DNA of 64,000 nt from Vicugna vicugna. Lineage: Eukaryota. Under the pieces are notes generated by a model. That model was not told the origin of the DNA. It made no database searches and saw only the letters and a list, made by a program, of their open reading frames with translations. Positions within the stretch are counted from its first letter, which is position 1. Each line of letters begins with the position of its first letter. Position numbers and translations under genes: made by a program. Of this stretch, positions 34,301 to 48,096 are shown in pieces. The stretch is taken from positions 508,419 through 572,418 of the forward strand of contig MU058198.1 in assembly GCA_013265495.1 (NCBI GenBank), written 5' to 3'.

Positions 34301-37300
34301 ATCTACTTTTATGCATATTTTAAATTCTCCACATTAACAGTCATTTTTTCCAAAAAGGTATATTCTGCTGTCACTTAGTGAGACATAGAGCTATATAATT
34401 CTTTCTGAGAACGTTTATCAAAGGAACTTGAATGAGCCTATAAACACGATGAAAGAAGGAGCTAAAAAGGAATCATGGTATTTTTAAAATGGGGTGCAAG
34501 TACCTTACCCTTCCTGAATTTTTGTTAATTTAGAAGAGGAGTCTCTTAATTGACTCAGTTCAGTTTAACAAGCACCTACCCTTATGCTTACTTAGCCCAT
34601 TGCTGTTATCACCACCAACTAACATAATATTATACAGAGCAAAAATTCTGAATTTTACCTTATAGATAACTTCTGGCAAGAAAGAGCAGACCATACTATT
34701 ATTGTATAGTTGAGGAAACTCCATATATATTTTCTTTAGAGCATCAGTAGCCTGTAAAACAGAAATATTCATATATTTAAAATCTATTAAAATGTAGCCT
34801 CAGCCAATAACTATCATATATTAAGCACAACTCTATTAAATCAGAAGTTTCCTAATGCATGGGGGTGTTGAAAGGAGTACTGGCAGGCTCCACTATCCAC
34901 TAGGATGCGTTTTAACCTCACATCAGCAGATAAGGAAGATGCTGGGGGAAGAAGCTGGGATATTGCTGCTTCACTATTTTGTTGAGAGGCTCACCTCCTT
35001 TGTCATACTTTGGAAAATGACTACAGGCCAGTGGAGGCTGGGAGCCAAATTTAAAAATCTTTCCCTTACACCCTAGTTTAGGCCCTAGGAAAAGTCCTTT
35101 TTACCCACAACTCTGTCACCCTCTGCCTTTCCTAGCTGGAGCAGGAAACAACCAGGCGGGAACTAGAATGGGTAGATTTTCTCAGTCCGGGCGACTGAGA
35201 GGAAATGTCATCCATCACCAACATGGAGGCAGAAGCAATGGGGCAGGGCGGGAACCGGGAAGAGCCAGAAGTCTCCCGACTCTTCCCAAGATGAGCGGAA
35301 GTTTCTTTTTGTAGTAGTTCAGCTACTAAATGCAGAAGAAATGATAGAATTAAAACACTGACATTCTGTAACCTCTAGTGAATTAACAGATTTGGCCACA
35401 GAGCAACGGTGGCATCAAACAACAGAGGTGACTAGACCCTGGGTGGAATGTAATGTCGCTACATCCTAATTCTTGAAATACCACTAATTTTTGGAAAGTC
35501 ACACATTACCTATAATCAAATAAAAGCAACAAAATGCATTCCAAAAAGAGAAAAAAGAACACAGAAAGCATTCACGTCACGCTTCCCTTCACTAACGGGA
35601 TGGAGCGTGAGCTGCAGAGCTGGTCCTTTTCTTGTGAACTAACACACGCACCATGTGCGATGCTTCATCTGCACTCTTGATCTAATTCTCACAACAGCCT
35701 TAGCTGGTTGTTTCTTTCATTGTTCCCATGTTGCCCACAAGGAAACTGAAGCCTATCAAGGTTAAGGTTACACTGTAGTAAGTGACAGAGATTAATCACA
35801 GTCTGCTGGACTCCAAAGCCTGTGATCTTGGCTCCTGGGCTCTACTGTCTCCAATTTCCTGCCAACACCTGTTCCTTTACACTCCCATTTTGGTGAATGA
35901 GATCACTGTGTTCTGCACAGTGTTACCCACGCAATCTGTAAGCACCCAACCAGAACACTCAAATAGCTAGATTACCAAAAAAAATTCTTCTCCCCTCCTC
36001 ACTTCACCCTATTCTAAGAAAATAAGCATGAATTCAGGTCAGCACACCAGGGGTGAAATGCAGGACCTAGCAGGGTTCCCAAACATGGGCCGTATCATCA
36101 ACAAAACCTAAAGTGCTTCTAAAAAATGCATGTCCCTTGACCCCACGACCCTAGACATTTTTAGGATTTAATCTCTGGATAGCATGGCCCAGGAATCCCA
36201 ATTTTTAAAATGTATTCCTGGTAATTCTGATGCAGACCAGCTGGAAATCCTAGACATATAAAACTATCATTTTATTAGAATACTGAATTAGCCAGAGCAT
36301 CACTCTCCTCTTTCTTCAAATATGGGACTTTTTGTACTTAAGTTAGAGGCTTATATTTCAGGTTTTAACAAATGGTCTAATAATATCCTGCGATTAATTT
36401 TAAAAAACTGACGTCAGAATTCTCAATCAGTAGATGGTCATGACTGATTATAGTTATTGCTGGGGGAAAATACCCAAGTTGTTCAAATGCAGAATAACGT
36501 ATTTGTACTTGAAAAGCTGGTTATAAAAGAACAAATATAACCTGAACCATATTTTCCCATTGATTTCTAGTGCAGTAATACATTTTATGAGTAAAAGTAT
36601 ATGTTCCAAAATTTCAGCAAGATTTTCATTAGGAATGTCATACAGTTTAATTTACTATAATTTCTTTGGGTATGTAACTACTCGATTCATAGAATAAGAA
36701 AAGTATGTATAAGGGATAGAAACCATACAGAAAGGATAAATCTACGTTAAAGATAAATATCCTATTAGCTATCAGAAGCTTTAAATATAGGAGTTCTCTT
36801 TAAATTCAGTCCACAGTTGTCTGTTTAGACTCTTATCAGTCAGATGCAGCTGATCTTGTGTCCAACTCCTGAAGTCTCTTTTATGAGGTTACTTGAGTGT
36901 TCTGTTCAAGATGTGCTTCTTTACTGTTTATTTAGTATCTTTTGTAAATGCTTTATGCAAATAAGAGAAAGCTGACTCTTCTATTTTGTGCTGGTTATAG
37001 AATACTGGGAGTTGCTAAAAGCTTCCACTGAAGGTTAAAAGGTTCCACAATTTACTGTTTCCCTGAGGATGTGGACTTTTGCATTGTAAACTTCCATTAA
37101 ACAAATATAATTTGTAAAAATAACTCATGAAGAAAAATACATAATAAAATATACAGTTAACTTCAGAACTGACTAGCCATTAAGTAACATGTCTTCTAAA
37201 AAGTGCGGTCTATCGTATAAACTGTACCATATTTGCATGGCCCTTGACATCAAAGAACACTGTGAGGTTATGGTTTAGGCTCTCTGCAACGGCTTCTCTC

Positions 37301-40300
37301 AGGGTAGGGATTTTTTCATCAGGGAAATCATTCCTACAAGAGACGGAAAAGGAACAGGACATTGTAGGAAAAAGGGAAAGATAAAAGTTTAGTAAAACAG
37401 ACGTTTGACAAATGTCTCCCAACCAAAGGAAGAGTGTTTTCCCCAACTTGCTTCAACCATAACCAAAGTCCAGGGGCAATTTACTATGTGTACTTGAACC
37501 AAATTACAGGTATTCTTGGCCAAAGAATAGCAACAACAAAAATCATTTAATTTTTAGGCAATCACTAGATTTATAATATAATTAGTAACTCTACTCACTA
37601 AAGGGCAGAGTATAGTATGGCATCTTCGGAGAACTCAGAGACTTAATTTTTTAAGATTGTAAGATTGTAATCTTACGCAGTTGAAATTTCTAGGAATACA
37701 CACATATGTTAATTGCATTGTTGTGACTGCTGTGCATTTATTTAAGTGCAACTGTTTAAAATAAATAATGTTCTAATACATAAGTTTCTTAAAAAAAAAA
37801 GGAAAGTTAAGTGCCTGATACATAAGAAATCAGCTTTTCTCACAGAATGAAATTTCACTCTACATGACTTAACTTACGCTAATTCAACTATATTATTTCA
37901 ACCGTACGATCTTGGTTTGAAAAGATAAAATTCAAACAGTACAGGGAATTCTGCCAGTCATTCTATTCAAAGCCTATTCCCTGGGAGCAAGAGATCAGAG
38001 ACATGAACTTGCTGTTCCTTTGGCCAGTTTAGTTTCCAAACTCCTCTCTCAGAATAAGCATTAACCACATTGAGGGTAATTGTAGAGAAAATACCTATTG
38101 TTTCCTATAACATGGTCCCTAAACACCAGCCAATTATTTGGTATTCAAGCAAAGAAAATGCAATTTGTTTCAGTTATAGAACAAAGACTGGTGGGATTAA
38201 GGGCATTAAGATGGTATATTGACTCTGATATCATGCCTTCTAAAAGGATTCTAAGGGTGATGCAGACCCTAAGCATTTTTTGCTTTAAGTGCTGAAACTT
38301 TGAACTAGACATCTTATTAGCTGCAATGTCACTGTAATATTAAAAGCAGCCTTTCCCTTGCTTACAGCAGAGCAATGAAATATCTGTAACAGTAGAGAGA
38401 AATTCTAGCAGCCTGAACTCAGAACTTTCAAGTGTTATCAATATTCTTTCTAAAGTACAATTTCCTTTGGCTGATTTTTAATTTCTTTCAGTTCCTGGCA
38501 AAATAAAGTCTGAAGTATCTTACAGGGAGGACTACAACTAAATCACGGGGTCAAATATTCAATACTCTAAGAGTACTAACCACTGTCCAGAGAACTGATA
38601 TGACATGAATAACATATTTTTCAGTATTACAAAGAAGACAAGAGGAAAGGGACTTAAATAACCACATTCAAAGTATATCGCCCACTATACCAATTCCAAG
38701 GTGTCTATAGCTGTTACTGGTGGGAAGGGTGTGGGTTCTGTGGTCATACACCTTTGAGAAACCTTAACGTAAGAACTGATTGATATGAACTGTTTATTCC
38801 CAAAGGGTTCATCTAGAGTGCAGGGTTCAATCTTATTTCATTATAGAACCTTTTTGTTGTGGAACATCTTATAGGACTAGCTCTGATATACATATATACA
38901 CATATATACATGTAAGTTACTATGTCAGTACAATAATTGTCATGTTAGAGTATTGTCTTGAGAATAATTCTGAGGCCAAATCTGGCTTCAGTGGGAAAAG
39001 ATGGAAAACATCCATGCCTATTTCTGTTGTCCCTCACACCTGCTCATTCCTTGGCAAACCTGTATACAGTTTAAAACAAAGCCCAACAAAACAACTTTCC
39101 TGGAGCAGAAGATGTAATTAGGAGGTGCCAGCGTCCTTCTGTGATCTCCAACACAAGCTGAAAGACATGTTTGGGTGACAGTATACCACTCACCTTAATC
39201 TGTGATTTGCTGCAGGATTAAGCTTCCTAATTTGTTCAAATGTCAAATCACACAATCGGCCAGTGCCATCAGTCGTCCTATCGACTGTGTTGTCGTGCAT
39301 TAAGACAGGAACCCCGTCAGAAGTAAACTCAATGTCCAGCTCCACACCTGTTGCTCCATTCTTAGCTGCCTTAACAAAAACACCAACAATATTAATGTCA
39401 AGTGGCCACAGAATGTCATTTTGCAATCTGAACAAACACTTAAGATGACCAACAGACAGTTTCTCTTACTGATTACATTCGCTTCCTGTACCAAATTGCA
39501 AGCCAACCTGTTTCTCTTTTCATAGATATTTTTGCCCATTTTTTAAATTGAACTATAGTCAGTTTACAATGTTGTGTTAATTTCTGGTGTATGGCATAAT
39601 GTCTCAGTCATACATACATATATTCCTTTTCATATTCTTTTTCATTATAGGTTACTACAAGATGTTGAATACAGTAGAAACTTGTTTATCTTTCTCATAG
39701 ATGTTAACCTTACTTCAAAGTCAACACTCACAGATGCCTCAAACTTTAATTTCCTCACTCTTCCCACCGTTACAGTGGCAGATGGGGAGACTTCTGGAAC
39801 TTGAGTTTTCTTTGGTTGCTTTAACCAAAGAAAGTGGGCCATTAATGGTTTACAATTACAAATATTTTGACAAGTTCCACTGTTTACCTGCACTGTGTTT
39901 GGTACAGTATGTCTGATGACTCCCCTGCAGTCGCTGATTAGGTGAATACTGCACAACTTTGGCATAAGCATGATGAGTTTGCTTGTTTGACTCCATCCTC
40001 TAGAGTGGAAACACCACGCCTGCTTCTAGGAGACAGACACTACATTTTGTTTATGCGAGCAGCACTGGCTGTTGGCTAACAAGTTGGCAAGCTCAGTAAG
40101 GCGCGCTAGAATTTATCTAAAAGAGAACACGATTGTAAAGTTTTGTGGGCCATGCTCCCCCTAGACACACTATCCAGGGTTTGCTTCCTTGGCTTCTTTG
40201 TCACAACGAAGACATGAAATGCTCATTATGATCAAGACTTTAAAGTTGAACAATTTTTTAAAATTATGTAAACAGAGATAGCAGTATACAGCAGAAAAAG

Positions 40301-43300
40301 ATTTAACAGAGTTAACATTTTGCCATATTTGCTTCAATCTCTTGCTGCCCTCCAACATAATAATAGCTATTATTTGCTGAGCCTTTTCTATTTGTCAGGC
40401 ACGATTCTAGGTGCTTTAAATGTATTAACTGATTTGATTCTCACAACCCTTTGGAAGGTACTATTAATAGTCTCATTTTTAGATGAGGAAACAGAGATTA
40501 AGAAACATGCTCTGAGTTACACAGACGTGGGTGTGGCAGAGGCTGCACCCTTAACCATATGACTTTGCTGTCACACTACAGTTATAGCTAAAATTCTCCT
40601 CCCTTTCTTTCCAGAGGCGACTGCCAAGTTGATGTATATTATTTTCATATCATTCCCTTATAGGTGTTTATATATTTACTACACAATTAAGTATCCAAAA
40701 ACAACATATAGCACTGTACTGGTGCACAGTAAGCATTCAATAAATAATAGCCATTGTTACTTTGTTCTTTTTAACATGTTTTTAATTGTAATATAGTCAA
40801 ATTTATTAATCATGTCCTTTATATGTGAAGATTTGTACATCTTATTTAAATCCTTTCCTCCCCTCATTTATAAAGATAAGCAACTATATTTTCTTCTAGG
40901 CTTTAAAGTTTGATTTTTTACATATATGACCAAGACTTCCCCCTCTAAAAATTCCAATTCCATCACTAACTGGCTGTATTATCTAGTTACATACCTTACT
41001 CTAGCCTCAGTTTCATCATTTTTAAGATGATACTTCTCTAATGATCTTAAGAGTTGTGAAGATTTAGAAATAATGCATGTAAATCTTGGTGCCTGGCTCA
41101 GTGCTGGCACTAAGTATAAGCTATTATGAGTAGAAAATCATTTACACCTCAGCGAAAGAGTCATTATGATAATGCTTACATTTATACTGGTTAAAAGGTC
41201 CATCTTTTTATAAGATTAAAAGGTTCATCTGTTCTAAGTTAAAGATAATAATCCACTGGCAATCCACATGGGTTAAATCTTTTATAACATAAAACAAGGT
41301 CACATTTCCAGTAATCACAGCGCAATTCTCTCACTGTAACACAAATGTTAACCTTATTCTTTGATGCTAGTAATTAGGTTCAATTACACTTTCATTCATT
41401 AGGGCCACTTTTATTTGGCTACAACAGAAAAAATAACAATGGTGGTACGCTGTATTTTAGCAAGAATTCTAGAATTAACGAGTTCATTTATTTGTCTTTT
41501 CTGTGGAGTTTATTAAGACCCAAAAGTTCTATAAAACAATCACCATATTAGAGTTTCTTGGACCAGATCTTCTAATGACTGCATTCAACTTTCTTTACCA
41601 ATACTTTTGTTATCCCACTTACGCAGGCAAAAAGCTAAACCCTCCCAATTCTAATTCACATATTAGTATATACTTCGTCATATTCATTTTTCATTTATTT
41701 CAAGAAATTTCTTATTATAGTATTTTTTCTTCTAAACATACAAATTTCACATAAACTAGTCTACAGACTAATTTTATTAAAATTTTATTTACTTAAGATG
41801 CTTGCTTGAGACTACACTGGCAATTTAAAATAGAACAGTACAGTGTATTACGGTAATAGAAATCAGATCAATGACTGCCTTGGGGCAGAGGCAGAAGTAG
41901 GGGTTCACTCCAAAAAGAACACAACTTTCTGGGGTGATGGAAATGGATTGAGGCGGTGGTTACTCAGGTGTATATATTTATCAAAACTCATCATATTGTA
42001 TACTGAAAATACATCTTTTATTATATGTAAATTTTACTTTGATAACATTGTCTGCTTTAATAAATTCATTATGTTTTTTGAGGTCCTGTTCATATATTAT
42101 AAAATTCATCCTTTTAAAGTATCCAATTCAATGTTTCTTTTGTATATTTGCAGTTGTGCAACCGTCACCACAATTAGGTTTTGAACACCTTCACCACCCC
42201 AAAAAGCAGCCCCGTACCCATTAGCAGCCAGTCCCCATCTCTCTCTTCAACTCTCCCAGTCCCTGGCAACTACTAACCTACTTCTTTCTCTATGGATTTG
42301 CCTATTCTAGACATTTTATTTAGTAGAACTATACAATACACAGTCTTCTGTGGCTACCTTCTTTCACTCAGCATGATGTTTGCAAGGTTCACTCATGTTA
42401 TAACATGTATGGGGACTTCATCCCTTTTTCTTGCTGAATAATATTTCATGGTGTGGATGCATCTTATTTGATTTCTCCTTTCATCACTGGCGGACATTTC
42501 TGTTGTTCCCACTTTTTGGCTATTATGGAAAATGTTATGAGCATTCCTATGCAAGTTTTTGCATGAAGCCTGTTTCCAATTTTTTGGAATATACACCTAG
42601 AAGTGGAATTGCTGGACCAGATGATAATTCCATGTTTAACCTTTGGAGGAATAGCAAGGCTAGTTTCTCACCAGCAGTGCATGAAGGTTCCAATTTCTCC
42701 ACATCCTGGCCAATTCTTGTTTTTGTTTGTCTTTTGACTACAGCTATCCTGGGGGTATGGAGTCGTATGTCACTGTGGTTTTGATTTGCATTTCTCAGAT
42801 GGCTGATCGTGTTGAGGGTCTTTTCTAATGGGCTTATTGGCTATTTGTACATCACAATTTTCCCAACAAATATTTATCGAGTGCTTACTATGTGTCAGGC
42901 ACTGTTCTAAGCAGTGAGGAGAGAGTGGTGAGCAAAGGAGAAAAGGAACATGGATCTTACATTTTAGTGGGGAGAAACAGATTATAAACACGTTACATGT
43001 ATACGATGACAGTGATAAATATTGGAAAAAGAAAATAGAGGGTACTGTGAAGGTGAAGGCAGGTGGGAGTCACTAGACACGACGACCAGTGAAGGCCTCT
43101 TTAAGAATATGACATGTGAGCTGAGACTTCAGTGATAAAAGGGGGTCAACCATACAAAGACCCCAGGGAAGAGTTTTCCAAGCAGAAGAAATGGCAAATA
43201 TAACACAAAGGCTACAAGGTAGGAAGGAGTCACAACGTATTGACTGCCTACCCAGATCTATTCCCTTTCTTCTCCTCTGCTGGTAGAGACTTGTTCTTGC

Positions 43301-46300
43301 CCCAGTGCTCAGCTCTCTCTGAATTATTCCCAGTCCCCTCCATGTGTGTATGTGCACACAAACGCGTGTGTGTGTGAGAGAGAAGGGGAGAGGGAGAGAG
43401 AGCGCGCCCAAGAGAGACTGAATGACTTTTGGGAAAGACTTATGGAAGAGGGAATGGAGTCTTTTCTGGAGTTTGGATGCTGATGTGTAAGAAGGTGATG
43501 CCTGGGGCTGCAGTGGCCACCTGGCCACTACAAAGAGGGCAAGTAAATACGCTGCAGGTGGCAGAGTGGATGGATCAGCAGAATCAGAGTTTTCCACAAT
43601 CACAAACTGAACAGCTGAATAAACCATCCCAGAAGTCACCTCTCCCACACACACCTCTTGTTACGTGATTATAGTCCCTCTGTTGTCTGAAATATTTGAA
43701 GTTAGATCCTCTATTACATGAAGCCAAAAGCATAATAACAAACACACAAGGTGGTTTAAAAAGAGAGAGTCGGGACTTTGAGAAAGGCACAAAATAGAAA
43801 GGTGTTTTGACTTTACCCAACTATAACAGAAAAACCACTGATGGGTTTTAAGTATGGACAGGATATAATCTGAATGATAGTGTTAAAGCTGCACTCTGTC
43901 CCCCTCTGTAGAAATTAGACTGTGGGTTTAATTTCATGCTTCTGTCACTGTTTATAACCGTGTATCTGTTTTTGGAATACATTCATTTCATCTCTCTCAA
44001 GTTTTTCCTTCTCTATTTTATAATCTACCAGAAATCCTACCACTATCAGAATGTTTTCTCTGGTCTTTTAACATACTAAAATGTTTAAGAATATAAATTA
44101 TGAACTGCAAACAAGCAAAGGGAGGAAGAACAGGACAAAAAGTAAACTTTGAAGAAAATCAAGTACATCTTTCTTTTGAAGTCAAGAGGGAGGATGTGAC
44201 CTTGTCTTCTGCAGTCTGTACTAGCTGTCTTCAGTACCTAAATTCTGTCGTGGCTAAAAAGCCCATTGATAATGACCTGATATTGGAACAAGCTAAATTA
44301 CATCTCTTGAAAAACGGGAATCAGCTTGGCACAATGTTGTTTATAATAATTACGCATATTTAAGACATACTCAACCTAAACACACATGACAGGAATGGAG
44401 TTTAGCAATACTTTCCTTGCAACACAACAGGATATGACACACTATACATGTATGTGTATTTCACATACATAGTTCCTCATTTAATATGATTTATATTCAG
44501 ACATGTTCCTGGCCAAACCACAACATCCATTGGTAAATACTTACGAATATCTTCTGTGCTCAGTTAACACTGAATTATCCTTTAAGGCAACTTACATAAA
44601 GGTAAACTGAAATGCAAGCCAGTAACAATTATGTGCTTCTTCCCTAAAGTAATTATCATTTCTTTTCATGACAATTCTATCCCGTGTAGCTATGTTACTT
44701 CATCCGATCTGAGTTTAAGTTTGGAATGTAAAATACATTCTTTAGTACCTTTAGACTTATTTTTAAGTAGAACACAAGAAGAGCTGCTCTGTCTCCCTTC
44801 TGTCAAAAAGAACTAAGGGGGAAGAAGCATAAAAGATACAACTTGGTTTTATAAACACAGAGTCAGGTGCCCTTCACCAAATTAAAGGCTGCCTTTCTGA
44901 CCCTGTTCCTTCTTAAGACTTAAATTTTTTACTTTACACTGAGATGATTTTAAAGAACCAAGGCATCCTTAGATTCTTGGCCTAAAGAGCTTACCCTGTG
45001 GAGGTCTTACTATGGGCCAAATACTTTATGTGGACAACTTCATGGAATCACAACTGATTAGGTGGATACCAATATTATTCCCATTTTACAGATGAGGAAA
45101 TTAAGGTCAGAGCTGGGACTAAAGTGAGGAGAGGTACCCTAGGGTGTCTCACTTGCTACACCCTACTCATGACTCTGACTGGGATACTGAGTGCTTAAGT
45201 AACTTGCTCATTACACAATACTGTCTGTCCTCGGCTGGACAAAGAAAGGACAGTCAGTCCAAGTTTTATATCCCGGAACATATTCTAATATACAATAAAG
45301 AGCACTGGGGCTTGAAATTAGAAGGCTGAATTTTAGAAGGAGCTGTGTGTGTTTAAGCCAGTTTTCCTACCCACTCAATGTTAAAGTGCCCGAGAGAAAT
45401 GCGAGGGTCAGATATACTTCCACAGAAGTGCACAGACAACTGATAAGCTCTCTTACTATGCAAGCTGTCAATATTATGAAATCAGGAGACTGCCAAGAGA
45501 GCCCTGTGAAAAGGAGTGGCAGAAATTATCAGGAGTCCCACTGCCAGCGTGTCTGATCATGGGTAAAGGTGATGAGGAGATGACTCTGATAATTTGGAGG
45601 AGAAGCAAAAACAGCTCCTGTGAAGGTGATCCATTTAGAATATGTAAGCTAACCACTGACCAGGGCTCTATTTAACCTGGTCACATTTCCTACTTTATTC
45701 ACACACAAGCCTTTGTTCTGTTCCTTGAAGTGAGGCCACACGCTGCTTATTCTGTTACGGGAAGATTCTAACACCATTCTCACCTCAGGACCTTTGCACC
45801 TGCTGTTCTCTTTTCCCAGAGCACTCTGCCCCCAGATCCTGGCTGGTTCCGCATAATCCCCACTGCAGTTCAAAGGTCACTTCTTCCGAAAGGATTTCTG
45901 TCTAAAATAGCATAACTCCTCCCTCCAGTCATTCCTTATTCCAGTACCCTATTTCTTCATCGCACTTACCGCTCCCTTACAATAACTCATTTATGTGTTT
46001 GTTTCAGGCCTGTGTCCCCTACTCCAATGCAAGCTCTATGAAAAGCAGGAGCCCTTTCTGTCTTGTTCATGACTGCCCTCAGTGCCGGGTACACAGCAAA
46101 TACGTAGGTATCTGCAGTGTTCTATAAATACTTGAAGTCGGGAGATTTTCCACAATGCTGAGGGACTGCGGGCCCCTTGAATGTATTCCATTTGGACAAA
46201 TGCGGAACTAGGAAGGCTATCATGAGAGCGATGGGGAGCCTTCGGACGGACAGGCAGAAGTCCAAGCTCCCAGGAGGGGCGGAGGGGCGCGAGGCGTGCG

Positions 46301-46569
46301 GGACTCACCTGCCGAATGGCCGCCAGTGTGTTCTCGGGCGCGTCGTGGCAGCCGCCGCGGTGGGCGATGGCGGAAACGCGGCCCCGGGGCTTGAGCACCT
46401 GCAGGGCCCTGCGGGAGGCCACGGGCTCAAAGCTGAAGAGGCGCAGCAGGACGTAGAGGCTGCCGGTGAAGAGGCAGGCATTGAAGGGGCTGCGCGTCAC
46501 CAGCAGCAGCAGCAGTAGCAGGAAGGAGAAAGGGCCCAGGAGGCCCCCCTGTTCCTCCCAAAGCCACAT
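31241..46569 (-). CDS. GDE1: GDE1 (glycerophosphodiester phosphodiesterase 1 / MIR16), complete: complement(join(31241..31388,32618..32829,34659..34751,37228..37333,39194..39369,46309..46569)), 331 aa
   Basis: Six GT-AG exons total 996 nt from ATG to TAG. The protein has an N-terminal hydrophobic segment and the GDPD motifs AHRGG..APENTL, GVELDI, HDNTVDRTT, FFDVK, WTVN and ITD. Confidence 0.97.
32618..32829 (-). CDS. GDE1: GDE1 coding exon 5 (MRQIDQDV...KDFVSP)
   Basis: Acceptor ccttttcag; donor cc|gtaagt; 212 nt. Confidence 0.95.
34659..34751 (-). CDS. GDE1: GDE1 coding exon 4 (ATDALKK...PEVIYK)
   Basis: Acceptor gttttacag; donor aag|gtaaaa; 93 nt. Confidence 0.94.
37228..37333 (-). CDS. 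GDE1: GDE1 coding exon 3 (NDFPDEKIPTL...VKGHANM)
   Basis: Acceptor tcttgtag; donor atg|gtacag; 106 nt. Confidence 0.94.
39194..39369 (-). CDS. GDE1: GDE1 coding exon 2 (AAKNGATGVELD...NHRLR)
   Basis: Acceptor tttgttaag; donor ag|gtgagt; 176 nt. Confidence 0.95.
42060..42850 (-). mobile_element. Old L1 (L1MB-like) 3' fragment, antisense to +
   Basis: cctggcaactactaacctact..tctctatggatttgcctattct...atacacctagaagtggaattgctgg...gtggttttgatttgcatttc. Confidence 0.7.
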
Positions 46570-46840
46570 GCCGGCGCCCGCACCGGCACGGACAGGAGTC
46601 CCGGACCCGCCGGGCTCCCCGGATAGGAGATCGAGAAGCTAGGACGAGACCCCAAAGCGCTGGCCGAAGCTGGCACCCTTTGAGTGGACCAGCGCCGCAC
46701 AATGGCGGCGGCGGCCACTTCCGGAGAAGGAGACGGAGGTCCAGCCAATCAGCGCGGGGGATCGCTGAGCGCCTGGCTGCCTTGGAAACGGAGGCTGGCT
46801 CAGGCTCCAGGCTGGCTCAGGCTCCCCGCGGCGTTCCAAA
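46250..46840 (-). promoter_or_regulatory. GDE1 CpG island and core promoter
   Basis: CpG-dense stretch over exon 1. It contains an NF-Y box AGCCAATCAG (about 46743-46752), an ETS motif CACTTCCGG (46716-46724) and a YY1-like AATGGCGGC (46701-46709). Confidence 0.8.
46309..46569 (-). CDS. GDE1: GDE1 coding exon 1 (MWLWEEQGG...ENTLAAIRQ)
   Basis: ATG at 46569 in context ggcATGt; donor cag|gtgagt; 261 nt; lies in a CpG island. Confidence 0.96.
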
Positions 46841-47142
46841 GAGACTTTGGGTTATTGAGGGTTTGCACTTCTACCAGGGCTTTCAGACTATTCAAGGGGA
46901 AGGATATGAGAGCAGTCCCATGGTGAAAGGACTGGAAAGGACTCCATTTGCCCTTGAGGAAACTGCCCAGGGAACCTTAAAGGAGCAGGAAGCTTATTCA
47001 GTTGAAGATGTGCAAACATCAGTCCAGATAATCAGGACAACAGCAAGTGAACCTGACGGACTGGGTACCTGCTCTCATGGGGCTTACACTCTCTTGGGGG
47101 GAAATAATAGTTAGGGGGTGCAGTTAACATTTATAGAGCACA

Positions 47143-47267
47143 GGGAGGAGGGTAGAGCTCAGTGATAGAGTGAGTGCCTAGGATGCACAGGGTCCTGGGT
47201 TCAATCCCCAGTACCGCAGTTTAAATAAATAAACTTGATTACCTCTTTCCTCCCTCCCACCAAAAAA
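47143..47267 (+). mobile_element. tRNA-derived SINE
   Basis: agctcagtgatagag...ggtcctgggttcaatccccagtacc; same family as the copies at 20438 and 21508. Confidence 0.78.
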
Positions 47268-47414
47268 CCATATTCCAGGCTCCGTGCATATGTTATCTCG
47301 TTTTTTCTCACAACAACCTCAGTGGATAGATATTACTTAGGACATTAAATTCAGTCGACTTAAAAGGATTTTTCAGATTCTGAGGGGAATGAAAGAGCAT
47401 AGCAAAGGAGGCAC

Positions 47415-47917
47415 TGTCCACTGAAATAAAATCACACAACGTGAGAGTTGTGGGTTAAGTTTTATTTAGGGCAAAATGAGGACAAAAGCCTAGGAGGTAG
47501 CATCTCAGATAGCTCTGAGGAACTGCTCGGAAGAGCTAGAGGGGAGGTCAGTACTATATATGATGTTAGTGAAGGGGCACACGTGCAGTCAAACACAAAT
47601 TTAGGCAGAGACTTGTTGCTAGTCACAAGGAGCAGATGTCACTGTTAATGACTTTAGTGCTTTTCTAGATATGAGGAGACTCAAGAATTTGGGCTCATAA
47701 AATCTTCTGAAAATATCTACCTGGAGGCCTGTTCTGCCAATTTTCTCAGAGCACAGAACGCCTCATTCCTGATCTCCACCCTGAACACCTTTCAGGGAGT
47801 GTTGGAGGTCAGCAGCTGCAGTGGCTCACGATTTAATCCAAGCAAAGGTAGATAGCAAGTGTCAATATGATTCAGTCCTTGTAGAGGCAGGTGGCAAGTG
47901 GCAATTTTTAGCTGGCA
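47415..47917 (-). mobile_element. ERV1-type solo LTR, 503 bp
   Basis: TG...CA termini, perfect 4-bp TSD GCAC (47411-47414, 47918-47921), minus-strand AATAAA near the left end. Confidence 0.8.
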
Positions 47918-48096
47918 GCACAATTAGATCATAAAGCTAGAAGGGATTTTAATAATTCCCTTATTTTATAGATGTGGAAACTGAGGCCAGGAGAAGTGAA
48001 GTGAGCCAACAATGGCAGAGTCAGGACTGGCATCGTGCCACCTCAGTTTTAAGCCATGAATTTTCCACTTCTCCTCCCACTAAGGGCTAATAGTGG

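Noticed and set aside
33585..35400. Two similar segments (agaagaaatgatagaattaaaa.actgacatt at about 33617 and 35334) flanking GDE1 exon 4
   Set aside because: Both look like diverged fragments of an old L1MC-type repeat, not a functional duplication
43073..43654. 193-aa minus-strand ORF in GDE1 intron 1
   Set aside because: Runs through L2/LTR-like remnants and a (TG)/(GA) microsatellite; no protein-like features
46502..46521. (CAG)n run
   Set aside because: A short interrupted tract that encodes the poly-Leu hydrophobic segment of GDE1 on the minus strand
46177..47114. Several plus-strand ORFs antisense to or upstream of GDE1 exon 1, and similar ORFs at 49796-50538
   Set aside because: Expected stop-codon scarcity in GC-rich CpG islands; no coding signature
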